Positions 1 to 12,699 are shown, counted from the stretch's first letter. The stretch: 64,000 nt of DNA from a virus (IMGVR_UViG_643348562_000001:20153-84152); one strand, 5' to 3'. A program made the numbers and translations. The notes: generated by a model from the letters alone, not told the origin.

Positions 1-55
1 ACAAAATGCAATCGCACAAAATAGACACCTTTTTAGGTAACAGGAGGATTTATAT

Positions 56-967
56 ATGACAGTAGAAAATAATTTAGTTGATGTAAAAGCATTAGGAGAA
101 GCGAAATCTATCGACTTTGCTAATAAATTAGGAGTAGGCCTTGATAAGTTATTTCAAGCGCTAAACGTAACGAATAAAATTCCGATGAACGTTGGTTCGG
201 TGTTGAAACAGTATGCGTTCACTGTAGTTGATTCAACAGCGCCAAACGGTGTTGTGGCTGAGGGAGAAGAGATTCCTTTAACTAAAGTTGAACGTAAGCA
301 AGTAGGGATTACAGAACTTACTTTCAAAAAATACGCTAAAGCAACATCTGCTGAAGCTATTCATGCACATGGTTACGACTTAGCAATCAATCGTACTGAT
401 CGTGAATTAATTCGTTATACTCAAAAGAAATTCCGCGCTGACTTCTTCTCAACTCTAAAAGCAGCAATCGAAAATGAATCACGCACAAACGATATCAAAG
501 CATTGACAGCAGAAAATTTACAAGGTGCATTATCAAAAGGACGTGCGAATCTTTCAGTGCTACTTGATGATGAAGTAACACCTATGGCATTCGTAAACCC
601 AAATGACACAGCAGAACATATGGCAAAAGGTTTAATCAACTCTAACGGCGCACAATTTGGCATGAACTTACTTACTGATTATGTAGGTGTTAAAGTAATT
701 GAATTTGCTGATGTACCAAAAGGCGAAGTATGGATGACAGTATCTGAGAACTTAAATGCAGCATATGCTAATCCACGCGGAGAGTTATCACGTGCATTCG
801 ACTTTGCTACTGATGAAACAGGTTTCGTTGGTGTATTACATGATATTAATTCACGTCGATTAACATCTGAAACAGTTTTAACACATGCAGTAACGTTATT
901 CCCTGAAAACGTTGATGCAGTAATCAAAGTAACAATTAAGCCTGCTGTAGCTGGTGTGGGAGTATAA
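56..967 (+). CDS. Major capsid protein
   Basis: 303 aa ORF with AGGAGG RBS, first in the head-tail block; sequence resembles Firmicutes siphovirus capsids. Confidence 0.8.
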   Translation: MTVENNLVDVKALGEAKSIDFANKLGVGLDKLFQALNVTNKIPMNVGSVLKQYAFTVVDSTAPNGVVAEGEEIPLTKVERKQVGITELTFKKYAKATSAEAIHAHGYDLAINRTDRELIRYTQKKFRADFFSTLKAAIENESRTNDIKALTAENLQGALSKGRANLSVLLDDEVTPMAFVNPNDTAEHMAKGLINSNGAQFGMNLLTDYVGVKVIEFADVPKGEVWMTVSENLNAAYANPRGELSRAFDFATDETGFVGVLHDINSRRLTSETVLTHAVTLFPENVDAVIKVTIKPAVAGVGV

Positions 968-1012
968 GAGTGGTTTAGTTGCTACTCTATTTTATTATAA
1001 GGTGGTGGTTAT

Positions 1013-1279
1013 ATGTTAGGAAAGCCGATTGTTAATTTTACTGATTTAGTAGAAAATAAGCATTATACGATTGATGATATCTATCATACTAATGATGAGA
1101 AACGTTATGGCGCGTTATCAAGCGATGATAATAATAATGGTGCGCCTGTTATTAAAGCATTAACATTAAGTGAATTAAAAAGTATCGCTCAAAAACATCA
1201 GATTAATGTACCTGCTAAAACAAAACGTGATGATCTAGAGAAGTTGATTGAAGGTGAAATTTATGCAGACGTTGAGTAA
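1013..1279 (+). CDS. Small head-associated protein with Rho-N/HeH-like C-terminus
   Basis: LTLSELKSIAQKHQINVPAKTKRDDL motif; position directly after the capsid gene. Confidence 0.55.
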   Translation: MLGKPIVNFTDLVENKHYTIDDIYHTNDEKRYGALSSDDNNNGAPVIKALTLSELKSIAQKHQINVPAKTKRDDLEKLIEGEIYADVE

Positions 1280-1586
1280 TGTAAAACTGCAGATTGGTAT
1301 CGAAGATGATAAACAAGACGACTTACTTAAGCTCATCATATCGAATGTTGAGAAAGCAATGTTAGGTTATTTACCAGGCATTTTAGAAGTACCTGTAGAA
1401 CTCAGTTATATTGTCGAAGAAGTATCTGTAGCACGTTATTACAGACGTGGCAGTGAGGGAATGAAATCTAAAACAATTGAAGGTTTTTCCGTATCATATG
1501 ATAACGAGTTTGATGCTTATCATCACATATTTGAACGCTATCAACCTACTAATGAAGCTACTCGTGGTTCGGTGGTGTTTTTTTAA
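1263..1586 (+). CDS. Head-tail connector (gp15/gp6-like)
   Basis: VKLQIGIEDDKQDDLLKLII...VARYYRRGSEG pattern; ATG at 1263 preferred over the ORF-track start. Confidence 0.8.
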   Translation: MQTLSNVKLQIGIEDDKQDDLLKLIISNVEKAMLGYLPGILEVPVELSYIVEEVSVARYYRRGSEGMKSKTIEGFSVSYDNEFDAYHHIFERYQPTNEATRGSVVFF

Positions 1587-1888
1587 TGGATAAACATCGT
1601 GTTAAATTATACGCTCAAAAATCGGAGTACGACACACGCCTGAGTAAGACAGTAAATAAACTGAGTTTGATTACAGATACAACTTGCTTTGTCACAGGAA
1701 TTTCTAACAAGAGACAACTTGAAACTTTCGGGAATCTTACAAGTGCAGATACGACAATAAGATTGCTCAATAAAGATGTGATAGGGGTTACACACGCATC
1801 TATTAAAGATGAAAAATATAAGATAACTAAAGTCACATCTTATGACAATGATGTCATCATATACGCTTTAAAGGTGCAATCATGGTGA
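1586..1888 (+). CDS. Head closure/head-tail joining protein
   Basis: Size, synteny and overlapping start/stop. Confidence 0.65.
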   Translation: MDKHRVKLYAQKSEYDTRLSKTVNKLSLITDTTCFVTGISNKRQLETFGNLTSADTTIRLLNKDVIGVTHASIKDEKYKITKVTSYDNDVIIYALKVQSW

Positions 1889-2226
1889 AGTGGAAAGGTC
1901 TAAGTCGAATGAAGAGAGACCTAAAAAATCATAGTCGGAACTCTGACAGGAAGTTAGATGATGCTATTTCAGAAATTGGGATAATGCTTGAGCGTGAAGT
2001 AACGAGTAATGCAGTATTTACCAAAGGCTACACTACAGGTAACTTAAGACGAATGATAAATTATTCGAAAACAGAATTTGCTAAAGGTACGCTTTCGTCA
2101 CCTGCGCATTATTCAGGGTTCGTTGAGAAAGGTACGCGTTATATGGACGCACAACCTTTCTTTTTTATATCAATTTACAAAAATCAACTGGAAGTAATGA
2201 ACATACTAGAAGAAAAAACGAGGTGA
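1882..2226 (+). CDS. HK97 gp10-like tail completion protein
   Basis: TGNLRR...YSGFVEKGTRYMDAQPFF motif. Confidence 0.8.
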   Translation: MVKWKGLSRMKRDLKNHSRNSDRKLDDAISEIGIMLEREVTSNAVFTKGYTTGNLRRMINYSKTEFAKGTLSSPAHYSGFVEKGTRYMDAQPFFFISIYKNQLEVMNILEEKTR

Positions 2227-2230
2227 TTAG

Positions 2231-2614
2231 ATGAAGTCGCCGCGTCAACAATTATACGACGAAGTATTCTCATCTATTTCGATGTTAGGTTATCAAGTAT
2301 ACGATTTATTGCCTATGAGCGAAGTACCTTATCCGTTTATCGTGCTTAAACACAGCCTGACGGACTATAGGAGCACACAAAAATTGAATAGGGATATGAT
2401 AGTGACGCTCAATGTAGATACATGGCATTTAGCTGAAGATAGAGGTCTACATGACAAGACAATGTTTCAAATCGAACAGTTACTTATAGACTTTCAATTG
2501 AGTGATACCTATGGATTGAAGGTAAAGAGAATCAACGTGACAGAAGTAACAGACAGAACGACTAACGATGAATTATTACATGGTTCAATAGAAGTAACAT
2601 ATCAAATAAATTAA
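2231..2614 (+). CDS. Tail terminator protein
   Basis: Synteny; VYDLLP..VPYPFIV pattern. Confidence 0.7.
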   Translation: MKSPRQQLYDEVFSSISMLGYQVYDLLPMSEVPYPFIVLKHSLTDYRSTQKLNRDMIVTLNVDTWHLAEDRGLHDKTMFQIEQLLIDFQLSDTYGLKVKRINVTEVTDRTTNDELLHGSIEVTYQIN

Positions 2615-2625
2615 GGAGTGATCAT

Positions 2626-3180
2626 ATGCAAATTGCAGATGGTGTATCAAAAGTATTATATTTTAGAAAATTAGGTGACAAGACAGCAGCAACTTTAGTT
2701 TTACAGCAAGAACATTCAAAATCATATAAACGAGAACGTGATGCAGTTATTACAAAGGCAGGTAAAGTCTTTAAAAAAGGCGAGCTAGAAGATGAGATTT
2801 CTATCAAAGCATTACAATCTACTAAAGATGATGCTTATAAGATGTTAGAAAAATCTATTGTAGACGGTGATGCTATCGAGGTGTGGGAAGTAGACCTTTC
2901 AAAAAAATCATCTGATTCTGAAACTGAAGGTAAATTCCAAGCAGAATATCGTCAAGGCTATTTAACTGAATGGGAAGCAACTTCTCCGTCTGAAGATGAC
3001 CCTACTGTAGAAGGTACGTTCGTTACATTTGGCACGCGTCAAATCGGATTAGTAACTGTTCCTGAAGAAGATTTGAAAAATGGTGGAGTTTTAGGCTATG
3101 CATTCCACGATATGATTGCATCAGATATTCCTAAAGATGGTTTAGCTACATTACCATCTGAGCCAAGCGTCGGAGTGTAA
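2626..3180 (+). CDS. Major tail (tube) protein, TP901-1 family
   Basis: KVLYFRKLG...EHSKSYKRERDAVITKAG resembles TP901-1-type tube proteins; synteny. Confidence 0.8.
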   Translation: MQIADGVSKVLYFRKLGDKTAATLVLQQEHSKSYKRERDAVITKAGKVFKKGELEDEISIKALQSTKDDAYKMLEKSIVDGDAIEVWEVDLSKKSSDSETEGKFQAEYRQGYLTEWEATSPSEDDPTVEGTFVTFGTRQIGLVTVPEEDLKNGGVLGYAFHDMIASDIPKDGLATLPSEPSVGV

Positions 3181-3185
3181 TATAT

Positions 3186-3211
3186 GAGGGAGTAAATCTC
3201 CCTCTTTTTTT
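3186..3211 (+). terminator. Intrinsic terminator after tail tube gene
   Basis: GAGGGAG-taaat-CTCCCTC followed by a T run. Confidence 0.8.
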
Positions 3212-3245
3212 ATATAAAAAATTAACTAAAAAAGGTGGAAATATA

Positions 3246-3623
3246 ATGTTAACAATTAATACAAATGGTAAAGTATTAGAATTAAAATTTGGTTTAGGTG
3301 AATTAAATGCAGTAGATAAAGCACTAGGACTAGAAATAGAGAAAATCAACTTAGGTGAAGGCTTTGAAATGTTAGTGCCAAAATTACAAACGGCAAATCC
3401 ACTAGCATTAGCAAAGATTATTCCAGCATTGACGCTAAATCAACCAGGGCGACCAAAGACAGAAGACGAAGTACTAGAAGTACTTAAAGCTGTTAAAGAA
3501 CAGTTCGGCTCATTACAAGCATTCTGTGATGCAGTACTAAATGAAATGAAACATCATTTTTTGACCCAAGATCTAGTAAAAGACATCGAAGTGACAGTGC
3601 CGACACAAACAACAGTACAGTAG
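3246..3623 (+). CDS. Tail assembly chaperone (G-like)
   Basis: Between tube and tape measure genes; slippery heptamer near its 3' end. Confidence 0.8.
   Translation: MLTINTNGKVLELKFGLGELNAVDKALGLEIEKINLGEGFEMLVPKLQTANPLALAKIIPALTLNQPGRPKTEDEVLEVLKAVKEQFGSLQAFCDAVLNEMKHHFLTQDLVKDIEVTVPTQTTVQ
3557..3563 (+). other. Programmed -1 frameshift site T TTT TTG (G/GT chaperone)
   Basis: X XXY YYZ heptamer in frame; the -1 frame has a TGA a few codons upstream and is open from here into ORF 3641-3988. Confidence 0.7.
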
Positions 3624-3640
3624 TTACTTATTGGGACATC

Positions 3641-3988
3641 GTGATTAAAAGTATGGCGAACTTTGGTAAGCAGTCTATCGATGAAGTCAATCGAATGACC
3701 TTAACAGAGTTCTACTGCTTATCACATGCTAAGAATGAACGCGACTTATACGATGAGTATCGTATGCATAAAGTTGCATATCTACAACGTGAAGCACAAG
3801 CTCAGATAGAAAAAGGTGCTGGAAAGAACAAGCGTACTGAATATGCATATAAATCATTTAAAGATTTCTTTGATTATGAAAAGGCTGAAAGACAGTTGTG
3901 TGATTTCCACGATGATGTCGAGAAGAAAACGAATGGTCCATCAAAGAAAAAAATAGCAGACATGTTAGCAGAAAGAAATAAAAAGTAA
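3641..3988 (+). CDS. Tail assembly chaperone T part (GT fusion C-terminus)
   Basis: In the -1 frame relative to 3246-3623, directly before the tape measure gene. Confidence 0.75.
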   Translation: MIKSMANFGKQSIDEVNRMTLTEFYCLSHAKNERDLYDEYRMHKVAYLQREAQAQIEKGAGKNKRTEYAYKSFKDFFDYEKAERQLCDFHDDVEKKTNGPSKKKIADMLAERNKK

Positions 3989-4002
3989 AGTGAGGTGATG
4001 GA

Positions 4003-7000
4003 ATGTCAGATATAAAAGATAGTTATACGTTAGAAGCCTTGCTTACAGGCGATAACAGTCGCTTAAAGCGTGTTATTGATCAAGCGGTCGTGATGTTAGA
4101 AAAACTTGAAAATAAAAAGGTTGACGATATTGAAATTGATGGTGATGTGAAGCCTTTACAAAAAAAAGTTGAGAGCGCTAAACGACTTACTGAAATGCTA
4201 GACGGCAAACGAGCACAAATTGAAATTATCGCTAGAAACGCTGAAGCAATAAAGAATCTACGTCAAGTCAGACTGAGTGCAAAACAATTATCTAAAGAAC
4301 GTCCGAAAGTCGATGTAGATGTTCAGACAGGTGCAGCAAATGCGAATATCAAACGTTTCAAAGCTATGCTTAAATCCATTCCAAACAAAGTACGTACTCG
4401 AGTTGATGTGGATTATGACAGAAACGTATTCAAAAGAATCACATCGGGTTGGAGACAGATTCAGAATGCGAATAATAAATTTGGCGATGATATGGACCAA
4501 CTAGCGAATAGTATTCGTGCTTTTGGTACTGTCAGTGCAAATATGATAAAAGGTTCGCTAGTGAGTTCTTTTACTGCTTTGATACCTATTGTTGCAGCAC
4601 TTGTCCCAGCAATTATGGCAGTGGGTAACGCTATAGCAGTAGTTGGTGGTGGCGCTTTAGGATTAGCAGGAGCGTTTGCAGTTGCAGGTGGTGGCGTAGC
4701 TTCATTTGGCGCTTTGGCAATATCAGCGTATAAGATGTATAAAGATGGCGCAATTCAAGCGAGTGATGCAACGCAGAAATTTGAAAGTTCGTTAAGTTCG
4801 TTCAAATCAGAATGGGAAAGCCTGGCGCAGAAGAATGCTGACAGTATTTTCTCAACGATGGCGAATGGTATTAATATTGCTAAAACAGCACTTACAGGTC
4901 TTACACCGTTTATTACAGGTGTCACAAAAAGCATAGAAGGATTATCTGCAAGTGTGCTTAAATGGTCACAGACAAGTGCTGTAGCGAAGAGTTTTTTTGA
5001 TGTGATGAAAACGTCAGGTGTAACTGTATTTCAGGATATCATGAGTGCTGCAGGAAAATTTGGTAGTGGATTAATATCTTTATTTACTAGCTTTATGCCT
5101 TTATTCGAATGGGTGGCTAAAGGTTTCTCAAATATGGGCACTCAATTCAATAACTGGTCTCAGAAAGTAAGTACAGCTGAAGGTATTAAGAATTTTATTG
5201 CTTTCGTGCAGGAAAGCTTACCTAAAATAGGTCAGATTTTCGGCAACGTATTTGAAGGTATCTTTAATCTATTCAAAGCCTTCGCACCTAATTCACAGAC
5301 CTTATTCGATTCATTGGTGCAGATGAGTACAAAATTTGCAGAATGGAGCGCCACGATAGCAGCATCAGATGGATTCCAGAAGTTTATCGAGTATGTGCAG
5401 ACGAATGGCCCGACGATTATGAGTTTAATCGGTAGTATCGTTATGGCAGTAGTCAACTTTGGTATTGCAGTTGCGCCTTTGGGACAGGTGGTGTTGCAAT
5501 TAGTCACTGCATTTGCTCAATGGTTAAGTACACTATTTCAAACGAATCCTGTTGTAGCACAAATTGTAGGTGCTTTAATTAGTTTGATCGGTGTTGCAAT
5601 GGCAACTATTCCGACAATTTTAGGGATATATGATGCGTTGCAGCCTTTAATAATGAAGTTTATTGAATTTAAAGGTGAGTCCACTTTACTCCAAGGAGCT
5701 CTGAGGTTGTTAGGTAGTGCTTTCACTGCACTTTCAGGACCTGTATTAGCAATTATAGGTGTTTTTGTAGCTATAGGTATGGCTATCGTAGGATTATGGC
5801 AATCTAACGAACAATTTAGAAGTAACGTATCTATTATATGGCAAAATATACAGACAATTATAAGCGCAGTAGGTCAAGTTATTATGAATATCTTCGGACT
5901 AATTGTTTCTTCTTTAGGCATTTTATCACAAGCATTTATGCCTGTGATCTCTGGTATTGTATCATTAGTGGCAACTATTACGACATGGATAGCATCATTT
6001 ATAGAAGCGAATCAATGGATTATTACAGTTGTTAGCGTTATTGCAGGCCTGGTCGTTGCTTTTTTTGCAGTACAAAGTGCAATAGCTTTAGTAACGACAA
6101 TTGTAGGAGTTTTAACTACAGCATTAGGAATATTAGGTACTATAATATCGGTTGTTGCTGGTGTTTTCGCATTTTTGTTAACGCCTGTTGGATTAGTGGT
6201 GGCTGCGATTGGTTTAGTGATTGCTGCTGTCGTTATCTGTTATCAAAAATTCGAAGCCTTCAGGAATTTCTTGGCGCCATTAGTAGATTTCTTTATTGGA
6301 ATCGGTGAGGGTATCAAGCAAGGTTTAGGAAGTGCTTTGGATTGGATTTCTGAAAAATTAGGAATGACAGCAACAAAAACTGAGGAAGCAACTGGTAGGA
6401 TGGCGAATGCCACTAATATTAATACTGCTAAGATGGCTAGTGATGTTACTTCAAATAGTGCTTTGATGACTAGTGGCTTTGATGTGAATATGAATAGAAT
6501 GAGTATGATTAACGATTCTCAATGGGCAATGATTAATGGGACTGCCACTTCTCAATCAGGTGCAATGCAAGCTGCTGTATTAGGTAGTGTAGGTGGCATG
6601 TCTGCTCAAACAACTGGATTACTTGCAGGAATGTCAGGTAGTGCACAGGCAGAATTTGCGAGTTTATACAGTGCTGGTTCAGGTCAAGCTAGTAGTTTAA
6701 ATGCTGATGTACTATCCTCACTTGGCGGAATGAGTAGTCAAGGTGTTGGTGATATCGCTAGTATGACATCAGGAATAAACTCTGAGTTCCAAAATATGAG
6801 TAGCACTTCGAGCTCAGCTACTTCTAATATGAGTAGTAATGTTCAATCGAATATGAATTCTATGAGGTCGTCATTCACTTCAGGAGCTAGTGGTATTGCT
6901 CAAGCATGGGCGAGTGCAATGCAGAGAATTACTTCAATTACTTCAAGTGGAATGAGTGCAGTAAGAAGCGCATCTGTGTCAGGAATGCAGGCGGTGGTAT

Positions 7001-8548
7001 CAGCATTCAGAAGTGGTGGGCAACAAGCCGTATCAGTTACAACATCATCTATGGCAGCTTGTGCTAGCGTAATGAGGTCAGCCTATGGACAATTTAGTTC
7101 CGCCGGTAGTTATGTTATGAGTGGATTTATCGCCGGTATGAATAGTCAACGTGGTGCAGTAATGGCTACTGCTGCTAGTATTGCAAATGCTGCATCTGCT
7201 CAAATTAGAAGTGCATTAAAAATTCATTCTCCTTCTCGAGTTACTATGAAAGAATGGTAATGGGTTCGTCAAGGTTTCGCAATCGGTATTATGAAAAAAG
7301 TACCACAAGTTATCCAGGCTTCTAAAACTATGGCGAATAGTGCTGTTAAAAGCATTAAGTAAGATGAAAACTAATTCTTACGATAAAGCGAAGCAAGGAT
7401 CTAAATCGTTCTATGAATCATTGAGCAAGACTTCTCAAAGTGCTAGTAATAAATTAAGTGCTAATAATAAGAAAATTGCAAGTATTCAGCAGAAATTGAA
7501 GGGGAAAATCTGGAAAAGCACACGATCAAGATTAAATAAACAGCTTATTGACTTAAGAAAAGAGAATAAAGCATATACTGTTCAAAAGAATACAATTACT
7601 AAGTTGAGAAGTACGCTAAGCAAGAGTACTAATCAGCTACTAAGTATTGCTAATAAGCGTGAAAAGGTTGCTGATAAACTAAAGGTCGCACAAGATAACT
7701 TGAAACAAGTTCTGAAAGATAGACAGAATTTTAAAGATGGTATTATCGATAGCACACGCTCATTTGGTTCAATATCGAATTCTAAGGTTTCAACTCAACA
7801 AGGATTAGTAGCAGATATGCGTGCTCGATTAAAAGCAGTAAATGACTATGCTAAGAACATCAATGCGCTTAAGAAAAAAGGTGTTCATAAGAATATCATC
7901 GCAGATTTATTAAGTGCTGGCGTTGAAGGTGGCGCAGGACAAGCTAAGATATTAGCAAACGCTTCTAAGAATACAATCAAGCAAATTAACACTGTGCAAA
8001 AGCAAATTATGAGTGTTACTAGCAGTTTAGCTGAAAGACAAGCTAAAGATTTCTACACTGTAGGTCTTAATACTGCAAAAGGAATCGTTCAAGGATTGCA
8101 GAAACAAGACAAAGCATTGCAAAAGGCAGCTGAGCGTATCGCAAACACTATTACGAATACTGTTAAGAAAAAGTTAGGTATCCATTCTCCATCACGTGTA
8201 TTTAAAGCGTTAGGTATATATACGATGCAAGGTTTTATTGGTGGAATAGATAAATTGAGAACACAATCTATTAATAAAATGGCTAACTTATCAGAACGTG
8301 TATCTGAAGCATTTACACCTCGGTTCGTTAGTGGTTTACCTGATCTAACAGGAAACTTACGAAACGCTACAGCGAACATCGCTTCACAGGTTAATGCTGA
8401 TGTCGTTAATACAGTAAGAAGCGAGCCTGTAGGTGTTACCTTAAATGCTAACTTTGCATTAGGAAATCGTGACTACAATGCTTTTGTTGGTGATATCACC
8501 GATAAACAAAATTCAAGAGTAAGACTTCAAGAAACATATAATGTGTAA
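4003..8548 (+). CDS. Tape measure protein of prophage 1, apparently interrupted near 7250-7350 (net +1 base)
   Basis: ORFs 4003-7260 and 7340-8548 join into one TMP-like sequence with hydrophobic repeats and two KIHSPSRV-type motifs; the span is 3n+1. Confidence 0.85.
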
Positions 8549-8578
8549 AGGCTATCAAGTGGTAGCCTTTATTTTTTA
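8548..8578 (+). terminator. Hairpin/terminator after TMP
   Basis: AAGGCTATC-aagt-GGTAGCCTT followed by a T-rich tract. Confidence 0.6.
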
Positions 8579-8590
8579 GGTGGTGGATAA

Positions 8591-9403
8591 ATGAATTATA
8601 ACTTTACAGATATGAATAACATAGCGCATTCTAGCGTAACTAGTGCCAATCAACTGATTTATAACGATGTAAATATAGATAAAACTCTATCTGATATTAA
8701 CTGTGATATCATCACATTGAACGTGACAGGTCGTGCTGCATTAGAATACAACATCAATACAGTCACACCTGACGGTATCGATGGAGAATTATTTCAAAGT
8801 GCTACATTGAAAGCTAGAACATTACAGATAGAGATGTTGATTAGCGCTAAAGATAACGCTACTTTGAGAAAAAAGTATGAACAGTTGAATAAAATGTTTT
8901 CGAAACGCGAGATAGTATCTATACGCTTTAGCGATGAAATAGACAGAGTATATTATGGTATTTATACAGCCAGCGACAATCCTAAAGAGGATTCGAACGA
9001 ACAGATATTTAATATCGATATATTATGCACTGATCCATTCAAATACTCTGATGTACAGACTATAAGTTACAGTAGCTCGTCAATTTTGAGTATATTAAGC
9101 GACTTTCCTGTTAAACCTTATATTGAAGTCGAATATTCTGGAGTAGGCACTACGTTAGATATTATCAATACGAAAACTAAAAAAGGCATAAAACTCGTAG
9201 ACTTAAATCCATCTGTAGAAAAGATATACAAGATAGATGTTTTAGAGAATAGGATTTCTAAATCAAATTTAGATACCAATGCTTTGACTAATCTTAATAT
9301 CACATCTGATTGGGAAGAATTTGACATAAAAACAGGAGATCAAGTCGCTTTCCTTCCAACACCGAGTAAAATCACCATTAAATATCGAGGTGTATTTTTA
9401 TGA
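8591..9403 (+). CDS. Distal tail protein (Dit)
   Basis: Follows TMP; VTGRAALEYNINTVTPDGIDGE and CTDPFKYS motifs typical of siphovirus Dit. Confidence 0.8.
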   Translation: MNYNFTDMNNIAHSSVTSANQLIYNDVNIDKTLSDINCDIITLNVTGRAALEYNINTVTPDGIDGELFQSATLKARTLQIEMLISAKDNATLRKKYEQLNKMFSKREIVSIRFSDEIDRVYYGIYTASDNPKEDSNEQIFNIDILCTDPFKYSDVQTISYSSSSILSILSDFPVKPYIEVEYSGVGTTLDIINTKTKKGIKLVDLNPSVEKIYKIDVLENRISKSNLDTNALTNLNITSDWEEFDIKTGDQVAFLPTPSKITIKYRGVFL

Positions 9404-12205
9404 TTTATCTATTCAATGTCAAAAAAGAATTGATAAAAGTTATCCCTCGCAGAAATATCGTTAGTGCAATTCAAGAACTTGAAATAAATGGTCTGTATAC
9501 TGCTGAAATTGAAGTTCCTCTATTCTATAAAACTGAACAGGGTCAAATCTTCAATCATAAGAAATCATTCGATAACGCTTTATTTTTTGGTCATTTTGAC
9601 TATCGTAAAAAGTTTCAATTGTATAAAATTCATAATAGAAAAATTGATGGCAAACAACTGATTATTACAGGTGTTCATCTATTTTTCGACGAAGCTAAAG
9701 CGATGAGTGTTATTCGTGATAAGCGACTAATCAATGCTGATGCTCGAAACGTTGCGAATGTCGCGTTTGAGGGTACAGGATGGACTGTTCGAGATTACGA
9801 CACGACAAAAGAAAAAAATATAGATTTGTATTATATGACACCGATAGATGCTAGGAAATTAATTATCGAAGAATATAATGTAGAGTTTGACTATGACTTT
9901 TCTTTTGATGGCAGGAAGATTACTTCTAAAAATATTTATATTCGTAATAAATTAGGCAGATGGACTGGCGATAGATATCATTACGGAACAAACATACTCA
10001 GTATCACGCAAGAGCAAGATGATGCAGAAGTTTATACTGCGGCGATAGGTAGAGGGACCAGTGATGATACGAATACAGCTTTAAACGCTAAAGTCCTTTT
10101 TGATGATTTGACGTGGTCTAAAGATGGTTACAACAAGCCTTTAGGTCAAGATTATTTAGAAATCGTTAGCGCTACAGAAAAATATGGATACTATGACGAA
10201 AAAACAGGTAGAATAAAACCTCGAATAGCGATAATTGAATTTAGTGATATCCAAGATCAGAAAGTTTTAGCTGATAAAACCTGGGAGTGGTTAAAACAAA
10301 ACTGCGTGCCTAAAGTCACATACTCGACTACTGTTTCAAAGGTAGGAGAGTACTATTTAGGTGATGAAATCGCGATTATCTACAAAGAAATTGATATCAT
10401 TAAAAAAGCTCGTGTAGAAAATATGAGAGTGAACCTTCTTAATCACGACTTAACCGAATTAGGTTTAGGTGATTATACTTATTTTAAACAAGATAAATAT
10501 AGAGAGCGTATAAGCAATGAAATCAAGGAAACAAAAAAAGAAGCTAATAGCTACATTGTTAAACTCAAAAAAGAATTCGATGCAAACTTTGAAGAGCAAA
10601 CACTGAGTTTCGCTAAAGCTATTGAACAAGTAAAGATTAATGCGCAATCTGAAGTTGAATCGGCAGAAAAAAGACTGTCAGATGAAATAGATAATGGATT
10701 GAGTGCCTTAAAACAACCGAACGCGTTACCATCATCTGTTCTGCAAATAGACGAATTATTAATAAACAGGTTGATATCTGATAATATGTTCGCGAACACT
10801 TTAGGTTCAAATTATCTTTTTAGCGAGATCATAAAAACAAAATCTCTTGAAGCAGTTAATGCAAATATTTCAAATCTGAGGTCTAACATACTCACTTCTA
10901 ACGTGATTAAAGCAGAACACATTGATTCTGGCACAGCACTTATAGATAAATTATTTTCTAATAGTGCAAATATAACTAGATTGACGAGTAAGTCGGCATT
11001 TATCAAAGAAATACAAGCGATTGAGGTTATAGCTTATCGTCTTGAAGCGAGGGATAAACAGGCTAGTGTCAACATTGAAAATGGCTCAATCACAATGAAT
11101 CGTGACAATGGATCTAGAATGGATATCAGTTTGAATGGTATTCAAAGTTTTAACAATGGTGGTTCGTTACTTTTCAGCTTAACACCAACACTTGTAACAA
11201 CCTCTGCTGTAGGCACATCTGTAAGTAACGTTTACCTTGGCACAGCACCGAACGCAGAAGCACGTGTCGTTAATATGAATGGTATTCCTGGTGATGGTGA
11301 AATTGGCAGTTATGCATATAGACCAATACGAACTTTAGCTATTAAATTTCCGTTAAATGCAAATGGGTATATAGGGATTGATGGTAGCGAACTAAGGATA
11401 ATGTCAGATGGTTTGGTAGAAGGTGGATATAAAAGCGTTCGTGCTGACAAAGGATATTTCTCTACAGTTGATGCAAACAATGAAATTAGTGGTGCTCACT
11501 TCTATATCAGACCAAAACGTGGTGGGGAACTTCGAGCAACTTATAACGATGGGTGGAGAAACTTCTTATGCTAACTTTCGTTCAAACGGTATCTATGCAC
11601 CATGGATTGATTATAACGGACATATACCAGGATCACACTTTTATATTAGACCAGCGTATGGGGGAGAAGTACGTTTAACGGCTACTGGTACAACAAACAA
11701 TTGGGCTAACCTGCGTTCAGATGGCATTTACGCTCCCTGGATAGACTTCAATGGTCAAATTCCAGGCTCGCATTTGTATATTAGACCTGGCTCAGGTGGG
11801 GAGGTTAAGTTCACTAGAACTGGTACTACAGATGTCTGGGCAGATATTAGGTTCGGTAGTTGGAACGCAATGTCTCATGAAAAATATAAAAATAACATCG
11901 AAAAATGGAACTATAATGTATTAGGCATATATAAAAACGACTTAGTGTTACATTCATACAAAGTCAATTCTGAATCAGATACTTTATACGCTAGAATACA
12001 CCACGGTATTGTACTTAGAGAAAATTCAAACCTAGACCAATTCCCAGCGGAATGGAGAAATGGTGACGGTTTTGATGGTAATGAAGTCTTATGGTGGAAC
12101 ACGAAAGCTGTTCAAGAATTAGCGTTTGAGAATGATGAGTTAAGAAATAAGATTAGTGATTTAGAAAACAGATTAAAAATATTGGAGGATAAGTTAAATG
12201 GATAA
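9400..12205 (+). CDS. Tail-associated/receptor-binding protein with ~43-aa repeats and C-terminal S74-like chaperone; +1 G near 11551
   Basis: ORFs 9400-11574 and 11423-12205 join; alignment to the intact paralog at 53697-57092 (YNNGGDTSYA) shows one extra G. Confidence 0.85.
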
Positions 12206-12365
12206 TAATAATCAACCACAACGTAATTTAGAAAAAGAAGTGGCATTACTACAACAACAACTCATGATGGCGGTATCGGATAAAGTGATGTTACAAGCAA
12301 TGTTAGATGATGCTTTAGAAGAATTAGATCAAATTAAAAACGGTAATCAAGAAGTTGCAGAATAA
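12198..12365 (+). CDS. Small coiled-coil phage protein (55 aa)
   Basis: GGAGG RBS; near-identical copy at 57085-57252. Confidence 0.7.
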   Translation: MDNNNQPQRNLEKEVALLQQQLMMAVSDKVMLQAMLDDALEELDQIKNGNQEVAE

Positions 12366-12410
12366 TCTGTAGCTTCTTTTTTATAAATAAAAAACAGGAG
12401 GTCATTCAAA

Positions 12411-12686
12411 ATGACAGAAAAAATTCAAGAGTTTTATTTAGTAGAAAGAAACATCAACGGTGATGAAAGTTGTTTAACACGTAACTATTCGAATGGATTT
12501 GTTTCAGGCGCTACACCAAACACTGCTTTTAAGTTTAAAGAAGAAGAACAGGCGAAACAGTTCTGTAAGATGCAAAATATGTTAGCAGGTATCTTCGATA
12601 ATGGAACTAAGACATTCTACGTTAAACAAGATATTACACGTATTAAGTACACAGAAGATGGTCAAGTGGTAGAAGAAACGTTATAA
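12411..12686 (+). CDS. Hypothetical phage protein
   Basis: RBS; paralog at 57297-57575. Confidence 0.75.
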   Translation: MTEKIQEFYLVERNINGDESCLTRNYSNGFVSGATPNTAFKFKEEEQAKQFCKMQNMLAGIFDNGTKTFYVKQDITRIKYTEDGQVVEETL

Positions 12687-12699
12687 GAGGTGGTAAAAA

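Noticed and set aside
6400-7200. Ser/Met/Ala-rich low-complexity repeats
   Set aside because: Ordinary tape-measure repeat sequence
11400-12200. Tail-protein repeats and near-identical copy at ~56300-57090, considered as a diversity-generating retroelement TR/VR pair
   Set aside because: Differences are mostly synonymous and not confined to adenines; no reverse transcriptase gene in the window
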